Positions 49,027-64,000 of a DNA stretch of 64,000 nt are shown here, one piece after another. A model generated the notes under the pieces. The model did not search any database. It was not told where the DNA came from and saw nothing but the letters and a program-made list of their open reading frames with translations. Where the stretch lies: NCBI RefSeq assembly GCF_009914755.1, contig NC_060935.1; one strand, written 5' to 3'. The translations under genes and the position numbers were made by a program. The stretch is from the human T2T-CHM13v2.0 reference genome, Homo sapiens. Position 1 is the stretch's first letter; the number at the start of each line of letters is the position of its first letter.

Positions 49027-49410
49027 AAAATGAGATTTTCTACCCTCTATTGAATTAGCATTTCTAGGAGATAAAAAAAAAAAAAAAGCCTGAGGAGTCC
49101 GATTTTAATCCATTTGCCTAGGTCATTTCAGTCTAAAACCACTATGAGAACTACTTCTATATGAAATACTATACTATATATGGAGTAGAAGTATATCTCA
49201 TGCCCTTTATTACTAAAGCTGATTATTAAAAGGTCAAAACCTCAACTGGAATAGTAGCAAGTTCAGTACTGTTCTTTTAGAGGGGACTGGACTTCTCACC
49301 ACTGTTGTTGAGAAAACAAACCAAAAAATCAAAAAATAAAGATTTATGCAAAATGGATTCTATTCCTAGGACAAAACAGGGAAAGTCCTGGACTATAAGT
49401 GTTTTACTGA

Positions 49411-49825
<415 letters not shown>

Positions 49826-51411
49826 TCAATCATTTGAGACTGAGCATGGAAATCTGCTCAGTACTTCAACTCCAATTTTCATCCTCAACACAGCTATCCA
49901 CCTAAGTCTCCCTAGGAGTTATGTCTAATGTGGCCTCCATATCCTGCCCTCAATTCAAAAGCAAAGTAGTGCCTTCTACTCCCTTTCTCAGTCAAGAGAG
50001 CTTGACGGCTTCCAGTGGACATAGACCTCTGAATTAAGACACGCCCATTTGTGAAAAGTTCCCAGTATTTCCTCTACCTTATCTCTGGAAACTTTTCATT
50101 CTTTATTACAAAGGATGATTATACTATTCCTTCTTTCCAATAGAGCTTAATTGTCTTTTAAAAGGTCGAGACTTTAAAACCACTAAAGATGTTTTCCTGA
50201 GAGGGTCATTCATGCCGGGTCTGCAATACAATTCACTCTTCCCAGGATCACCAAATGAATCTCTGAGTCTTCTTAAAAATAATAAAAGTAACAGCAGAAA
50301 TTCATGTTAGGGCTTTGTAGCATGGATATAAATGCATGCATTCCTTATTACTGACATCATGGTCTCCATTTTTTTCAATTACTATGTTCCCTATGTCAAG
50401 ACGAAACAAAGGAGAAAAAGCTGCTTTTTAAGAATGTACACTAATTCCCTCCTAAATCATTGTGCTAAAATATCAAAAGAAATTATAGCTGTCTGCGCTA
50501 GAGATGTATGAAGTGATGTGTCCACACCTTTTCAGTTCCTGTTAGTAATCAAAACAAGTGTTTCTAAACCACTTTCTCTTTGCTCCGTAGAACACAAATT
50601 CTAGAGGATGATAATATGTTTTACACACACAACACAATTTCCTCCATCAAGTGTTATAGAAAACAACCAGTACAACAAAATCTTTTACTGCAGATTCCAT
50701 AAATCAATCTGAATCTTCAGAAAAAAATTGTAATTTTATAGTTTTCCTCAAGCTAAATTCATGGAACCATTTTTCCACTGAATATCTTGAATGACTGACA
50801 TTTTACAAAGTTCACCCTAGGAAATGTTAATTGCAGCCAACTTCTGTTATTCATCATTCAGTCAACCAATTTTGAATACCAGCAATGTTATCAGCAATCC
50901 TATGAGAAATGGTGTAGGAATGGAAAAGTGTCTAGGAAGGAAAGGAAAACAATACACAATATGATAAACATTATCTTACTTGTCATACACTATGATATAA
51001 TAACACTAATAGTTATCGTAACTACCTCATATGCATTCTCATTTAACTCTTTCCAATGTTTTCTGAACTCCAGCAACCGTGCAGAGCACATAGAAGTCAC
51101 AATAGAAATATGAAGTCATTCACCGACACTTTTTCCTTCCTTGCATAAGAATATGTTTTAAAAATCTGTATCTATGAATACACAAATACAGTATCATAGT
51201 CATGCAAAAAGGTATCATATTATACATATTATGACTGTGTGTTTTAAGTGCAATATGTTTTTTCTTTTAGATATACCATCCCCATAATAGATACCGCATG
51301 TTAGGCTTATATACCATAGTTTTTTCCATGATCATATGATTACATACATATGCCTGTACATCTTTAAAGCCTGTAGACACAGCTGGAATTCTCATTTAAG
51401 AAACATCAGTG

Positions 51412-51794
<383 letters not shown>

Positions 51795-51949
51795 TCAGAA
51801 GAGTTCTGCCATGGATATGAATAAGTTTTAATGAAATTTGATCAATTTTTTTTACATGTTCATTTTTAGGTATGAATAAAGTTATATAAGATAAGCTTCG
51901 ATACTTAGTAGAATCTAAATGAGCACTTCAAATGAGAGTTAATTTTTTA

Positions 51950-52228
<279 letters not shown>

Positions 52229-52309
52229 TTATATGAAATGATAGTGGGTTTTGCAATCAATGATACCTTAGGTTCAATAAAATATAGTACATAAACACAT
52301 ATGCATACA

Positions 52310-53870
52310 TATGAATTTTTTATCTTTTTTATGAAAATAGAATCATAGTTTATATAGTTTAATATTACATTGTTTTTCTCAATGCTATCTTATGGAAATT
52401 TCTCCAAATCTAAATAATATATCTCAAATTAATCTATTTTATTGGCTAAATATTTCCCAATGAATTCATTATTGCATTCCTCTATTGATAGGCATTCACT
52501 TTATTCTGCTTTGTTTCCACTATAAACAATGGTATAATAAATATGCTTATAAATGTGTCTTTACATACTGTAGATTTGTTTATTTGCAATAGATTTACAG
52601 AAATGGGATTGTTGGGTCAAGATGAGTATGGCTATAGTTTGAATATGTGCCCTCCAAAATCAGGTATTGCCAATGTGTTAATATTAAAAGCTGGTGCCTG
52701 TAAGAGGTCATGGTTGTTCCTCCTTCATTGATGGGATTAAAACCCTTATAAGCCCCACATAGCATTAGGCTATCGTTTGCCCTTCTGCATTTTGCCAAGT
52801 GAAGACACAGTGTTCCTACCCTCCAGAGGATAAAGTGTCAAGGCAGCATCTTGGAAGCAGAGAATGAGCCCTCACCAGGCAACCAAACCTGCTGGTATTA
52901 ATACATTGTTCTGGGACTTCCCAACCACCAGAACCGTGGGAAAATAAATTTATATTCTTTATAAGTGACTCAGTCTGAGGTGTTCTGTTATAACAGCACA
53001 AATTGACTAAGACATGTATCCAATATAAAATCTGATAGACCTTGCCAGTTTGCTTTCCTGAAGGATGAAAAGACTCTAACTTATTTTAGCAGTGTGTGAA
53101 AATATTTTTTCTTACAATCATAACAGAAATAGATATTATGATTCTTTTTGAAGTTGGCTATACTTTAACTGATTTTTGAATACCTTGTCTATATTTATAT
53201 GTCATTAGGTTTTTTTTAAGGATTTTCCTATTGATATATTTTATCTATTTTTCTATTTGGCTATCTTTTTGTCAGTTTATAGGAACTATTTGTATATGAT
53301 AGGTAAAATATTTTTGTTATCAGAAATATATTTGTTCCAAATCTTTGACTACTGTCTTTATATATGAAAATTTTTCCTCATTAAATTATTCTTAATTTTT
53401 CATCTTTATCTTTAATCTTATTACTCCAGAGTATGCAGATTTGGTTAATTTCTACTAGATTTTCTTGCAAGTTTTTTGTTGCTCTTTTGTTCTTTTAATT
53501 TTTTATTCCTTTTGGAATTTATTTTGTATACATTAAAATCGATGTTGAATTTTATTTTTATCCAGTATGTCATCACCACTTACTAAATATTGCATCCTAT
53601 CCCACTTATTTGACTGGACTCTTAATTTTACATATACTACCTTCTTATATACACAGATACATGATCTGAATTATCTTTCAGGTTCCGGTGACATGTTGAT
53701 CTATCCCTCTACCAATAGCACATTGACTATCACAAGGCTTGATAATGTATTAATAGCTAGATGACAAATACCTCTCACTAATCTTTTATTTTCCCCCCAA
53801 CTCCTTCTCTTACCTATTCCCAGACATTTATTCTGCTATGTAAGCTTTAAGAAATTTTCTTCCAACCCTT
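52310..53870 (-). mobile_element. Old L1ME-like fragment (interrupted by LTR)
   Basis: T-rich antisense L1 motifs 'cctctattgataggcatt', 'gaaatgggattgttgggtcaa', 'aatagctagatgacaaatacctctc'. Confidence 0.6.
52630..53014 (+). mobile_element. MSTC/D-like solo LTR
   Basis: 'gctatagtttgaatatgtgccctccaaaat...gactaagaca'; TSD agtat/tgtat. Confidence 0.85.
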
Positions 53871-54164
53871 TTTAGCAGCTGTCACTGTTTAAAGAAGGAA
53901 GAAGGAAGAATTTAACCTAACATTAGTGAGATAATGTATATAAAGTAACATACTTTGTGAATGGCAGAGGGAATATTTTATCCAGCCCAATCTGATAGAT
54001 CTGATTGTAAAATAATTAGCATTACACCCAATTCTACCTACATGGTTTCCTTTGATGCTTACCAAAGACTTGTAGCTATAGTTTTCTATTTTTACAGATA
54101 AGGAAGTGAGATGACTAAAAGGGGAACTAATTTGTGCATGTCATTTTTAGGCATATTTCCTTAT

Positions 54165-54341
<177 letters not shown>

Positions 54342-55042
54342 TAAGTACCTGTCTAAATACCAAAATACCTTTATCCTCAGCATGAAAATGCCTGTGCACT
54401 TTGCAGAAATCAGTCTAAGCAGCTCTGGACATGAAAGTGAAGCAAAGTGGGTGTGATCATCTGAGGAAAAAAAAAATCTGCATTCAATGTGCAACATCAC
54501 AATCAGTAGGGCATTCTGTTGCCAGTAACCTGGATACTGAGCCTGGTTTTGACCAACGGCAAATTTTCGGAACTCCTGACAATGCAGCAGGAATCACAAG
54601 CCTTTTGAATCAAATCCTGTGATTCAGGTCTTAAAACCTGAACTTGACTGCCTCCCCATGGGAGTCACAAGTTCAGAACTACTGGCTTTTGTAAAATTAG
54701 ATCAATGAAAACCTTGATACAATCCTTGTCCACATCTTCAAAACCAGAAGACCTCATATTCCAGTTTGCCCAGAATAGTCCAGGTTTATGTCTATTGTCC
54801 AAGTTTGCTTAATAAGAAAGTCCCTTTACTCTCAAAATTATCTCAGCAGGGATAATACATTATATGGTCATGCTATTCAGAAAGAGACAATGTGAGACAT
54901 GGCATATGTAGTAGTACAGAGCTGAACGAGCTCACAGGGTAAGGTTTACAGGGTTATTAGCAGAGAGCCAGAGGGCAAAAACTCCAGGAAAAAACAGCCA
55001 TCACTTGTTATATGTTATTGCTATCTTAAAGAACCATTTTCT

Positions 55043-55155
55043 GGTCAGGTGAGGTGGCTAAAGCCTGTAATCACAGCACTTTGGGAGGCTAAGGCAGGCA
55101 GATCACTTGAGGCCAGAGTTCAAGATCAGCCTGGTCAACATGACAAAACCCCATC
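55043..55155 (+). mobile_element. Alu left-arm fragment
   Basis: 'ggtcaggtgaggtggctaaagcctgtaatcacagcactttgggaggc...aaaaccccatc'. Confidence 0.9.
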
Positions 55156-55156
55156 A

Positions 55157-55327
55157 CTTTGCCTGTTGCCATCCATGTAAGATGTGACTTGCTCTTTCTT
55201 GCCTTCCACCATGATTATGAGGCTTCTGCAGCCACGTGGAACTGTAAGTGCAATTAAACCTAGTTCTTTTGTAAATTACCCAGTCTCAGGTATGTCTTTA
55301 TCAGCAGCATGAAAATGAACTAATATA
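55157..55327 (+). mobile_element. THE1 LTR 3' half
   Basis: 'gccatccatgtaagatgtgacttgctc...ccagtctcaggtatgtctttatcagcagcatgaaaatgaactaatata'. Confidence 0.9.
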
Positions 55328-55329
55328 AC

Positions 55330-56180
55330 ACTCAACCTCTCTTTTCTGTCTATATGAAGTTACCTATTATCAATATTTTATATAAATAAAAACATACAAT
55401 ATGTGATATTTTGTACACATATACACATATATACACATATACACATTTATAATATAAATAAAGCACATATATAAAATGCATATATAATTTATATTTCTTT
55501 CCATATATATAAAAATACAAAAAAAACACATTTTTTGTGTTTATCCATTGATCGACATTTGGGTTTTTCTACCTTTGGTTATTATGAATAGCAGTGTTAT
55601 GAACATTGATGTGAAATTATTTGTTTTCAGTTTTGGGAGGGTATATATACCTACCTAGGATTGAAATTGCTGTGTCATATGGTAACTCTATGTTTAAATT
55701 TTTTAGATGATTGCTGAACCATGTTCTACAGTGGATATCATGTTACATTCCCGCCAGCAATGTACAACTGTTCTACTTTCACCCTATCCTTGCCAACACT
55801 TTTTTTTTTCATTTTTTAAAATTCTAGTAGGTGTGAAGTGCTATCCATTGTGAATTTTCTATATCTGGGATTTTGTAATCTGTAAATAGAGATAGTTTTA
55901 CCTCTTCCTTTTTAATTTGGACATTATTTATTTATTTTTGCTAATTGCTTCACTGAGAACTTCCAGTACAGTGTTAAACAGAAGGATCAAAGTTAGCATT
56001 CTAACTTTTCTTTCTCCTGATGTTAGCGGGAGAGCTTTCAGTCTTTAACCATTGAATATGATTGTGGTTGTTGATTCTTCATAAATGACTTTTATCAGGT
56101 TGAGGAAGTTATCTCTACTCCTAGTTTGTTGAGCATTTTATCATAAAAGTCTGATGGATTTTGTTATATGTCCTTTCTCA
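55330..56180 (-). mobile_element. Old L1 (L1MB/MC-like) fragments
   Basis: 'gaaattgctgtgtcatatggtaactctatgttta', 'ttacattcccgccagcaatgta', 'aggttgaggaagttatctctactcctagtttgttgag'. Confidence 0.8.
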
Positions 56181-56404
56181 TAAATAAGATTCTGGGTAAA
56201 ACAAAATAAAAGATGAAAAGAATAATGAATGATTGATCAGGAAAACTAAAATTAAAGGATGAGTTGATTTATAATTAGATAGAAGAGAAATGAGAATTAC
56301 TTTAGATGTAGAAGGAACAACATGATCAAACCCTCATAGGCCTATGTAAGCATGATATAAGAATAGTAGGTGACTTTAGCTGCTTTTCAGTAACTCCCTA
56401 CATT

Positions 56405-56668
56405 ATGTTTGAAAACAATTCTATGTAGGTGTTCCAACAGCCCCAGCTGAGATCTCAGATAACAGCCAGTGTCAATTGTTAAGCAGGTGAGTAAAGAAGT
56501 TTTCATGATGATTTCTGACCAAGCCATAATCTCTTAACTGTGTGATGCTGATTAAGAACCACCTGACTGAAATCAGTAAATCCCCAAACCTATCAGAGAT
56601 AAATAAAGAAATGATTGTTTTTGCTTTAAGCTGCTGAGTTTGGGGGCATTCTGTCACACAGTAGTAGA
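56405..56668 (+). mobile_element. MLT1H/J-like LTR fragment
   Basis: 'ccaacagccccagctgag...ttttgctttaagctgctgagtttgggggcattctgtcacacagtagtagata'. Confidence 0.7.
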
Positions 56669-56784
56669 TAAATGAAAAACAGAAACAAAACAAAAACTCC
56701 ATAATCATACTGTAGAAGTAAGGTTGGATTATGCAGAGAGAAGTAGATTTCATACAAGGCTTGAGTAGAGTTGTTTATAAATTC

Positions 56785-57500
<716 letters not shown>

Positions 57501-58429
57501 TCTGTACTCTGAAGGAAGACAATCACTAAGATGAATATTAGCATAATATATTATACAAAGATAAAAAGACATCCTGATGACTTCAGATTTTTTTTAGGAG
57601 AAAAGGGGTTTTCTCATCAGAATCACTATAAGCTATACTGTCTTTCTTAGCAAACAGTACAGAAAATACAGTCTAGTCACCGTAAGAGCCCTTTGGAAAG
57701 GGATTGGTCATTTAAATTAAGTCATAATATGCACGTAAAATTTAACGGATGATATCAAATGGTATCTCTTCTAACTTCCCTCTTCTCTTTTCTGACTATA
57801 TTTCTCTTTACTACTACTATACACACAAAACCTCCAATTAAATAAGAATTATTCATATATCCTTCCATAACAACTTCCTTACAAAGAATAATAAAATGAT
57901 AATCACAAATACAACTAAAAAGTGCTATCAAGTGAAGGCATTAGTGCACCTCTATGATCCAATCACCACATTAACACTTGGAGACATAGTTCCAAGCCTT
58001 CCCAAAGTATCTTTTTTCTCTGATTATGACAGAGCTCTTGATCATCCTTCCTGGCAGCCTTCTTTCACTGCAAGTCAAAAATTATGATGACCCTTTGGAA
58101 TATACTGTTCAAATTTTAAAATGTCAGCTTAAATATCTCACTGAAGCTTGTGAACCCCTAGCAAAGAATAGGAATGCAGCTTCCAAATAAACAACTGATT
58201 TGCTTGGATGGTGTCCAAAAAGGGTGATAAGTGTCCCCTTGAAAGGGTGCATTGGAATTACATTACCCTGGGTCTATATAAAATATTATTACTAATATAT
58301 TCTGCATGCATGTTTACTATTAATAATACTATTAAATAATAATAGCTATGTGCCTGATGATGATCTTAGCACTTTTGTTGATTAAGTCATTTAATCTCCA
58401 CAGTCAGCATTATAAGATAGTTATCTCTC

Positions 58430-58727
58430 ATTTGGGATGCTCACTCTTGGAACCCAGCCACCATGTTGTGAGAAAGCTCAGGCCACATGCAGAGGCCACA
58501 TGTGAGTATTTCAGCCAACAGCTCCAGCTGAGGCCCCAGCCAGCAAACAATGTCAACTTCAGGCATGTGTACCAATGAGCCTTCAGATACTAGCGTCTCA
58601 GCCTTGGAGTTCTGCAGCTGAGACCCTAGAAACCATGGAGCATCCCTCCTGTGCCCTGTATAAATTCCTGACCCACAGAAACTGTGAGAATGGTATGGTA
58701 ATTTATAATGCAAAAACAGATAACTAA
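58430..58727 (+). mobile_element. MLT1F-H-like LTR inserted in a MIR
   Basis: 'cactcttggaacccagccaccatgttgtgagaaagc...aattcctgacccacagaaactgtgaga...agataactaata'; MIR pieces on both sides. Confidence 0.8.
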
Positions 58728-58789
58728 TAGAGTAATAGAGTGGGTAACTAATATTTACACATTGCAGATGAGGAAACACTGCTGTAACT

Positions 58790-58925
58790 ATTTCTTACAG
58801 TGTCTGTTTTCTCCAATAAGCTTCATTAGGCCAAAGATCAAGTCTTATTCATCTTTGTATTGTTTGCCCTAAGCACTGGTCCTGGCACTAATAGCAAGCA
58901 ATGAACATCTGTTCAATAAAAGGAG
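58790..58925 (+). mobile_element. L2 3' end
   Basis: 'tcttattcatctttgtat...ctaagcactggtcctggcactaatag...tgttcaataaa'. Confidence 0.65.
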
Positions 58926-59399
58926 AATGAGAACTGTAGTTAGAGAGTAGAAAGAGCCATTCTCCTAAGTGAACTTATCCTTTCTTTACCCAATTCTCCC
59001 TGAGGACAGTCATTATTCACATAAGCAAGAAAACTAAACTATTCATTTATTACAGAAAGTGAAGCCTGTGAAAATTGAATAAAGGAGGTGAATCACAATC
59101 TGGAGCTGACTTAAGAGGTATTTTTGCAGGAAGACTGTTGAACCTAAAGTATCTTTCCACCAACTACTGAGACAAAGGAATCTTCTTTTTTCCTAACATT
59201 ATTTTTAGCAATGGAAGTCTTCTAAACCAATAGATGGCAATGCCAGCTAGTAATGAAAGAGCCCAGAGACCAGAATCCTTCCTATCTTTAAACTTTAATT
59301 TATTATACGTTGTCTCCCTCAGATGCTGTGGCCCGCTCCCTGGTTTTATGTACAAATAGCAGAGAAACACCTATAAGCCTCTAGCAATACTTTCAGTTC

Positions 59400-59803
59400 C
59401 TTTTCTGTGTCTGTGCTTCCCTTGGCAGGATTCTGTGTGTGCTTTGCATCCAGTGGGGTGTTACTGTAATGCTTTGTAACAGAATCTGCCCTTGCACTAC
59501 TGGTACCATTTGGCAAAAAGGGCTAGGAGTTGAAGTCCCCCTGAGGTATCCCATAGACAATGACTGATGGATGTAAGCTTATGAAGCTCAGCTCTTCTTG
59601 ACTTAGGAAAAATTCTTCAGAGTGATTTACATTCCAGAACTCCCCTTCAGGATCCATTTGAGGCCAGAACTTATGATTTTCTTCCTTGCCCAGCTTACCT
59701 TAGTATCTTAAAGGTTTGTCCTGGGTGTATGATTTTTTTAAAATAAATCAATTGTCACAAATCCTAATCATAGAGTCTGCTTCTGGAAAACTAACTTCAA
59801 GCA
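59400..59803 (+). mobile_element. ERVL LTR16-like solo LTR
   Basis: 'caatgactgatgg...aataaatcaattgtcacaaatcctaatcatagagtctgcttctgg'. Confidence 0.6.
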
Positions 59804-60091
59804 AAAGTGTATCAGCAACTTTTTTGAGAAAAAGAAGTAAGATCCTGTTAACAAATGATCATAAAGGAGGGCACTATTTTAACTCCCTTAGCTATTATTT
59901 AACTTCCCAATTGTATTCAAATTTCCCTAGAGTATTACAACAATGTGCAAAAAACAGGCATCCACCAGGCACAAAGAAAATAGAGAATAGTGACTTCAGT
60001 ATCAGTGAGAAGTAATGATTACTTTATGACATTAGCTGTCATCTTAGGTGCAAGCTCTATGAGAGCTCACATATTCAAATGTGTCAGATTA

Positions 60092-60117
60092 TACACACAC
60101 ACACACACACACACACA
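60092..60117. repeat. (AC)n microsatellite
   Basis: Directly visible. Confidence 0.95.
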
Positions 60118-61486
60118 GCATATCACAATTTTCTCCTAGTTTAACACTCTTTTTATGTCCAACAATTTCCATTACCACAACAACTCACATTCCATAATAC
60201 CCAATCAGGATATCAAGAGATAGTTGGGAGGAGGCAGCTTACAAGTAAAACATGTCCTCCTAGGATGAAGATATTTGTTCTTGGTTGTATGATTTACATC
60301 CTCATTTTCTCCTTGTGAACCTTCCAACATTTTCTTGACAACAATGCCAATTGGCACTGCTGAATTCCAAACACATAAGAGTATTTCCAATAATTTTGGA
60401 TCTGAGTTATATAAATATTGTGTTGTACATAGGTAAAGAGAAAACTACATTTTTTGCCCAAATCACATAAAAGGTCTGTAACCCATCTGAAAGTAATACA
60501 AAGTATAGGCAGGTTTCCTTTTCTATGCCAAGAAAATATGAATGTGAAACTAGGTAAAAGCAAAAGATGTGTACTTACTGCTTGAGCAAGACTCACAACT
60601 GTTAACCTTAACTCTGTTGGAATATTCTCCTTTGTAAACCTACCTAACAAGATACTTCAACTCTGAAGTAATAGCTTATCATAACTCAACAACATACTTA
60701 TTCTACCTGTCATACAATGATAGATGTGCCACCTCCACATAATTTTGTTTGACACAAGGACTGTTGTGGCCTAATAATCACCACTCAAAATATAGTCAAA
60801 TCTTATCAGGGTAAGGAATAAGTTCAATTTTACTACAAGCCAGACACTTTGCCAATAATGCTGATCCTATGCTAAACGGATTAAGTAAGGGTCATTGGGA
60901 AGGGCAGAGAAAGACCAACTTTGACCACAGGGTTGACCCCATCCATCAAGTTCAAACCTTAGATATAACAAAATCTAAGTCAAAAATTGCAATCTCTAGG
61001 GCATGGTATAAAATAACATTCAGTCTGGAGAACTGTACAGGAAAGTCTGGTTTGGGTGGAAGCTGGGTGATCTACAGAGTGCCGCACTGGGGTTTTAAGC
61101 AGCAAATCTTGGTATTGAATAAGAATCAAAATTATCATTTGATAGTAATTCATGTGAGAGTAATCAAACCCAGAATATGAGTCCCTGGAAAAGAAGCTAG
61201 CATAGATAAGATGATGGATTCAGATTCAGAAACAGCTTGCAGATTATTGAATAAAAATCAGGCAGCAGAGACCCACGGATGTTGACTAATATGGCACACA
61301 GTGAAATTAGTAAAGAGACTGCATTGCAATTCTCCACTGTGTTAAGGATTGATATAGTGAACCCCTCTCTGCTTTCACCCAGGCAAGTGATGCAGGGTAG
61401 AGACTTTTGAAGTATGTACAGATCCCACTGGTCATGAGGAAGAGGTGGCAGTGCCCAACTGTACAGGATTCTAATAGGTTCTAGCA

Positions 61487-61562
61487 TCTTCTTCCTCCTT
61501 CTCCTTCTCCTCTTCCTCCTCCTCCTTTTCTTCTCCTTCTTTTCATCCCCCTCCTCCCTCCT
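61487..61562. repeat. Polypyrimidine (CTT/CCT)n low-complexity tract
   Basis: Directly visible; explains the Arg/Lys-rich ORF 61197-61583. Confidence 0.9.
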
Positions 61563-61577
61563 AATGATGATGATCAT

Positions 61578-61810
61578 CATCAAAATTTATTGAGCTCTTG
61601 CCATGTGCCAAGTACTGTTGTAAACACTTCGCATATAATAACTGATTTAATCTTTACAACATTGATACCAGAAAGGTGGTGTACAGACCCAATTTTACAG
61701 AAAAGGAAGCTAAAGCACAGAGTTCTTATATAATTTGCTCTAGTTTCCAGGATAGTTAAGGGTGGTTCCAAAAGTTAAACTCAGGCAGGTATTAGAGCCC
61801 CACAGTCTAG
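61578..61810 (-). mobile_element. MIR, near full length
   Basis: 'atttattgagctcttgccatgtgccaagtactg...ttttacagaaaaggaagctaaagcacagag'. Confidence 0.8.
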
Positions 61811-61904
61811 GAAAATACATCCCAGTGGCCAGTGATTTCTATACTAGCAAGTACTGTTATGCATGGCAGACTGTGTCTTATATTCAAAGGAATTGCCTTT
61901 GAAT

Positions 61905-62180
61905 TTGCAGAAAGAAATTCATGTGTCTCTCTTAAATCTCATTTTAAACTATCATTTCTAAAATTCCCCTAAGATTCATCTACTCCACAGGTAGCTCTTC
62001 ATCTTCTGAAATCCTTTATTGCTTATTTGAGACTTACTGTTTATACCGAATCACTAGTTCTCACTGTATTTGTTTGCCTTGTAAGCCTAACTGTGCTGAA
62101 TTATTTTTGAAGAAAGATATTAGAGGTACTGCATATATAGAGCCTGGCATAGAGTCAGCACTTAATAGAATCCTGTTGAC
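61905..62180 (+). mobile_element. L2 3' remnant
   Basis: 'agagcctggcatagagtcagcacttaatagaatcctgttga'. Confidence 0.5.
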
Positions 62181-62464
62181 AGATTAATTGCAGATTTGAT
62201 AAAACAGGGATTTTCCCACAATGGGATATATTGCCAAGAAGATGCCATCAAATCCCCTTTCAGGAGATATTTATAAATAAGATTCATTTTCAGCCACTTC
62301 AGGTCATTTACTGAGTTCCTACTAGAAGTGAAAGGAATGGCCTCCAAAATTCCCTTCTAAGCGTGTGATTTGTTAACACTGGGAACTGTCTTTCTAAACT
62401 CCCATATCCCTTTCCTTCAAGGTATTTACAACAATGAGACTCAATAATCCTGCCCTTATCCATA

Positions 62465-62715
62465 ATATAATGTTTTGGAAAGATCATAAGCTTTGGGATT
62501 AGTCAGTTTGGGATATTCATTTTTAGTCTATAATGTAAAATCTTGGAAAACGTGATCAGTTTTTACCTCTCTAAGCTGCTGTTTTTTTTTTTCACTTGCA
62601 GAATGAATTCAATGACAGCTACCTCATAGGTTTGTTCTAAAAAAAAATGTAAAATTGTGTAAGTTAACACAGTGTCTGTAAAACCATAAACACTCAAAAG
62701 ATTTTAGTGCTCTTT
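62465..62715 (+). mobile_element. MIR remnant
   Basis: 'acctctctaagc...cagctacctcataggtttgtt...acagtgtctg...cactcaaaagattttag'. Confidence 0.65.
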
Positions 62716-64000
62716 AATTTCTTCTAACTTAATCTTTGATAAAAAGATATTCCCATAAGTTATTATGTTTCAGTAGAGAATGGCCATTTGTCATGGGTTA
62801 GTTTGTGAATATGCATGAATATATATATAAGATTGTTACACCACAAAGCTCAAATTAATTAGAAGATAGATAAACTCTAGATATCAACCCTGGGGATGGC
62901 TACAATCTGATAACACAAAAAAGTAATCCATATAGCACTTCTAAATAATAAAAAAATTACTAGCATTTAGATAATAAATTGTTTGTTTCCAGAAAGTGAG
63001 TGGCTATAATACGATGGCCGTCCATTGCAGAGCTCAGAGAGACAAGGACTCCCCAAGCAGTTGCCAAAGCTATAAAAAGAAAATGTTAACAACTGGAAAG
63101 ATTTTAACATTTATATAAATCAGTGTGGTAGCAAATAACATAAACAGCAAAATAACTAATAAAAATGTAGTTCATTATTTCTATACCAGAATATCTCAGC
63201 TTTGAAAAGTTACAGAGGGAGACAAAGAATAACGTGAAATTGACATATTAACATTGGTATTAGTAAGGGGTTGTATCATTTAGGACTGGGAAAGAGTGCT
63301 GAAAGAGGTATCAAAAGATTATTTCAAACCAGGACACGGTTCAGAGATACATGAGAGATCAGAACTAAGACAAACATAATCATGAGCCATTCCAGAGTAA
63401 GACATATTTTTAATCTCTCTACAGAGTTAAGATCCTTAAAAAACCACTTTAGTTTGTTACAGATAGAAATTTTAACAAAAGGTGTAGTCAATGTCTTGGT
63501 TTCCAGAATGGCCTGATTCCAAAGTTAATCAGTGGCTTTTATTAATACAGCCCTAAATTATACTTGACCTTTTGTGGGTGGTAAAAGAATTTGTCATCAT
63601 AAAATATAAACCAAATATATGCAATGATTTTTGTGAGCATGCACACACACATACTCACTCACAATTTAGTTCCAATATAGTAACCTGTGGGGGAAAAATT
63701 ACTTTAATATTATAAAATCCACAAAGCAAATAAGTCAATTCAGGATTCACTGACTTCTTAGACTAGGGCAGAATTCCAAACACTTTTATGTTAGAAAAAT
63801 CAACTCCCAGGAAATGAATGTCGTCAGTAACTAACAGTAAATATGAATGATCTCCACATATAACAGATCATAAATGCCGGAAATATTTATACATATTTAA
63901 AATACATGAATGCTTCTCTTTTGGTGACTGTATAAATGAAATTCACTTAAACTTTTGCATTTGTGATGCTTCTTGAGTTAGTGTTTAATAGCAATTATAA

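Noticed and set aside
61197-61583. Arg/Lys-rich 128-aa ORF resembling a protamine or NLS protein
   Set aside because: It is the translation of a (CTT/CCT)n low-complexity tract next to a MIR.

Overview
This is primate (human or great-ape-like) AT-rich intergenic or deep-intronic DNA, largely made of transposable-element fossils. I found no cellular protein-coding exon, RNA gene or CpG island. The only ORFs with recognisable homology are LINE-1 ORF1/ORF2 fragments; the rest read through Alus/LTRs or look random. Main elements: a dead, near full-length L1PA7/8-like LINE-1 (5836-12102) inserted into an ERVL LTR; an MSTB provirus (about 12808-15599); a very young 5'-truncated L1 of L1HS/L1PA2-intermediate 'GAG/G' type (15765-17643); an L1MA-type element with nested insertions (19445-23972); 13 Alus or Alu fragments; solo LTRs; Tigger2a, MER20 and MADE1; and many MIR/L2 remnants. 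Family names come from remembered consensus motifs, not a database search, and boundaries of old repeats are approximate. Four structures are not explained by repeat annotation. (1) A long inverted repeat of mostly unique sequence at 45976-46634 (about 237-bp arms, about 92% identity), whose transition mismatches favour G-U pairs on the + strand (9 vs 2). It is a candidate long-hairpin RNA or foldback element and the best lead for something undescribed. (2) A 222-bp multi-template DNA-repair scar at 21042-21263, built from sequence 1960 bp upstream plus inverted, stuttered copies of sequence about 250-300 bp downstream. (3) A 187-bp internal duplication in the young L1 whose two copies carry different subfamily-type bases, together with an apparently overwritten target-site duplication. 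(4) A cluster of short palindromes with D-box motifs at 36343-36419. None is proven functional from sequence alone.
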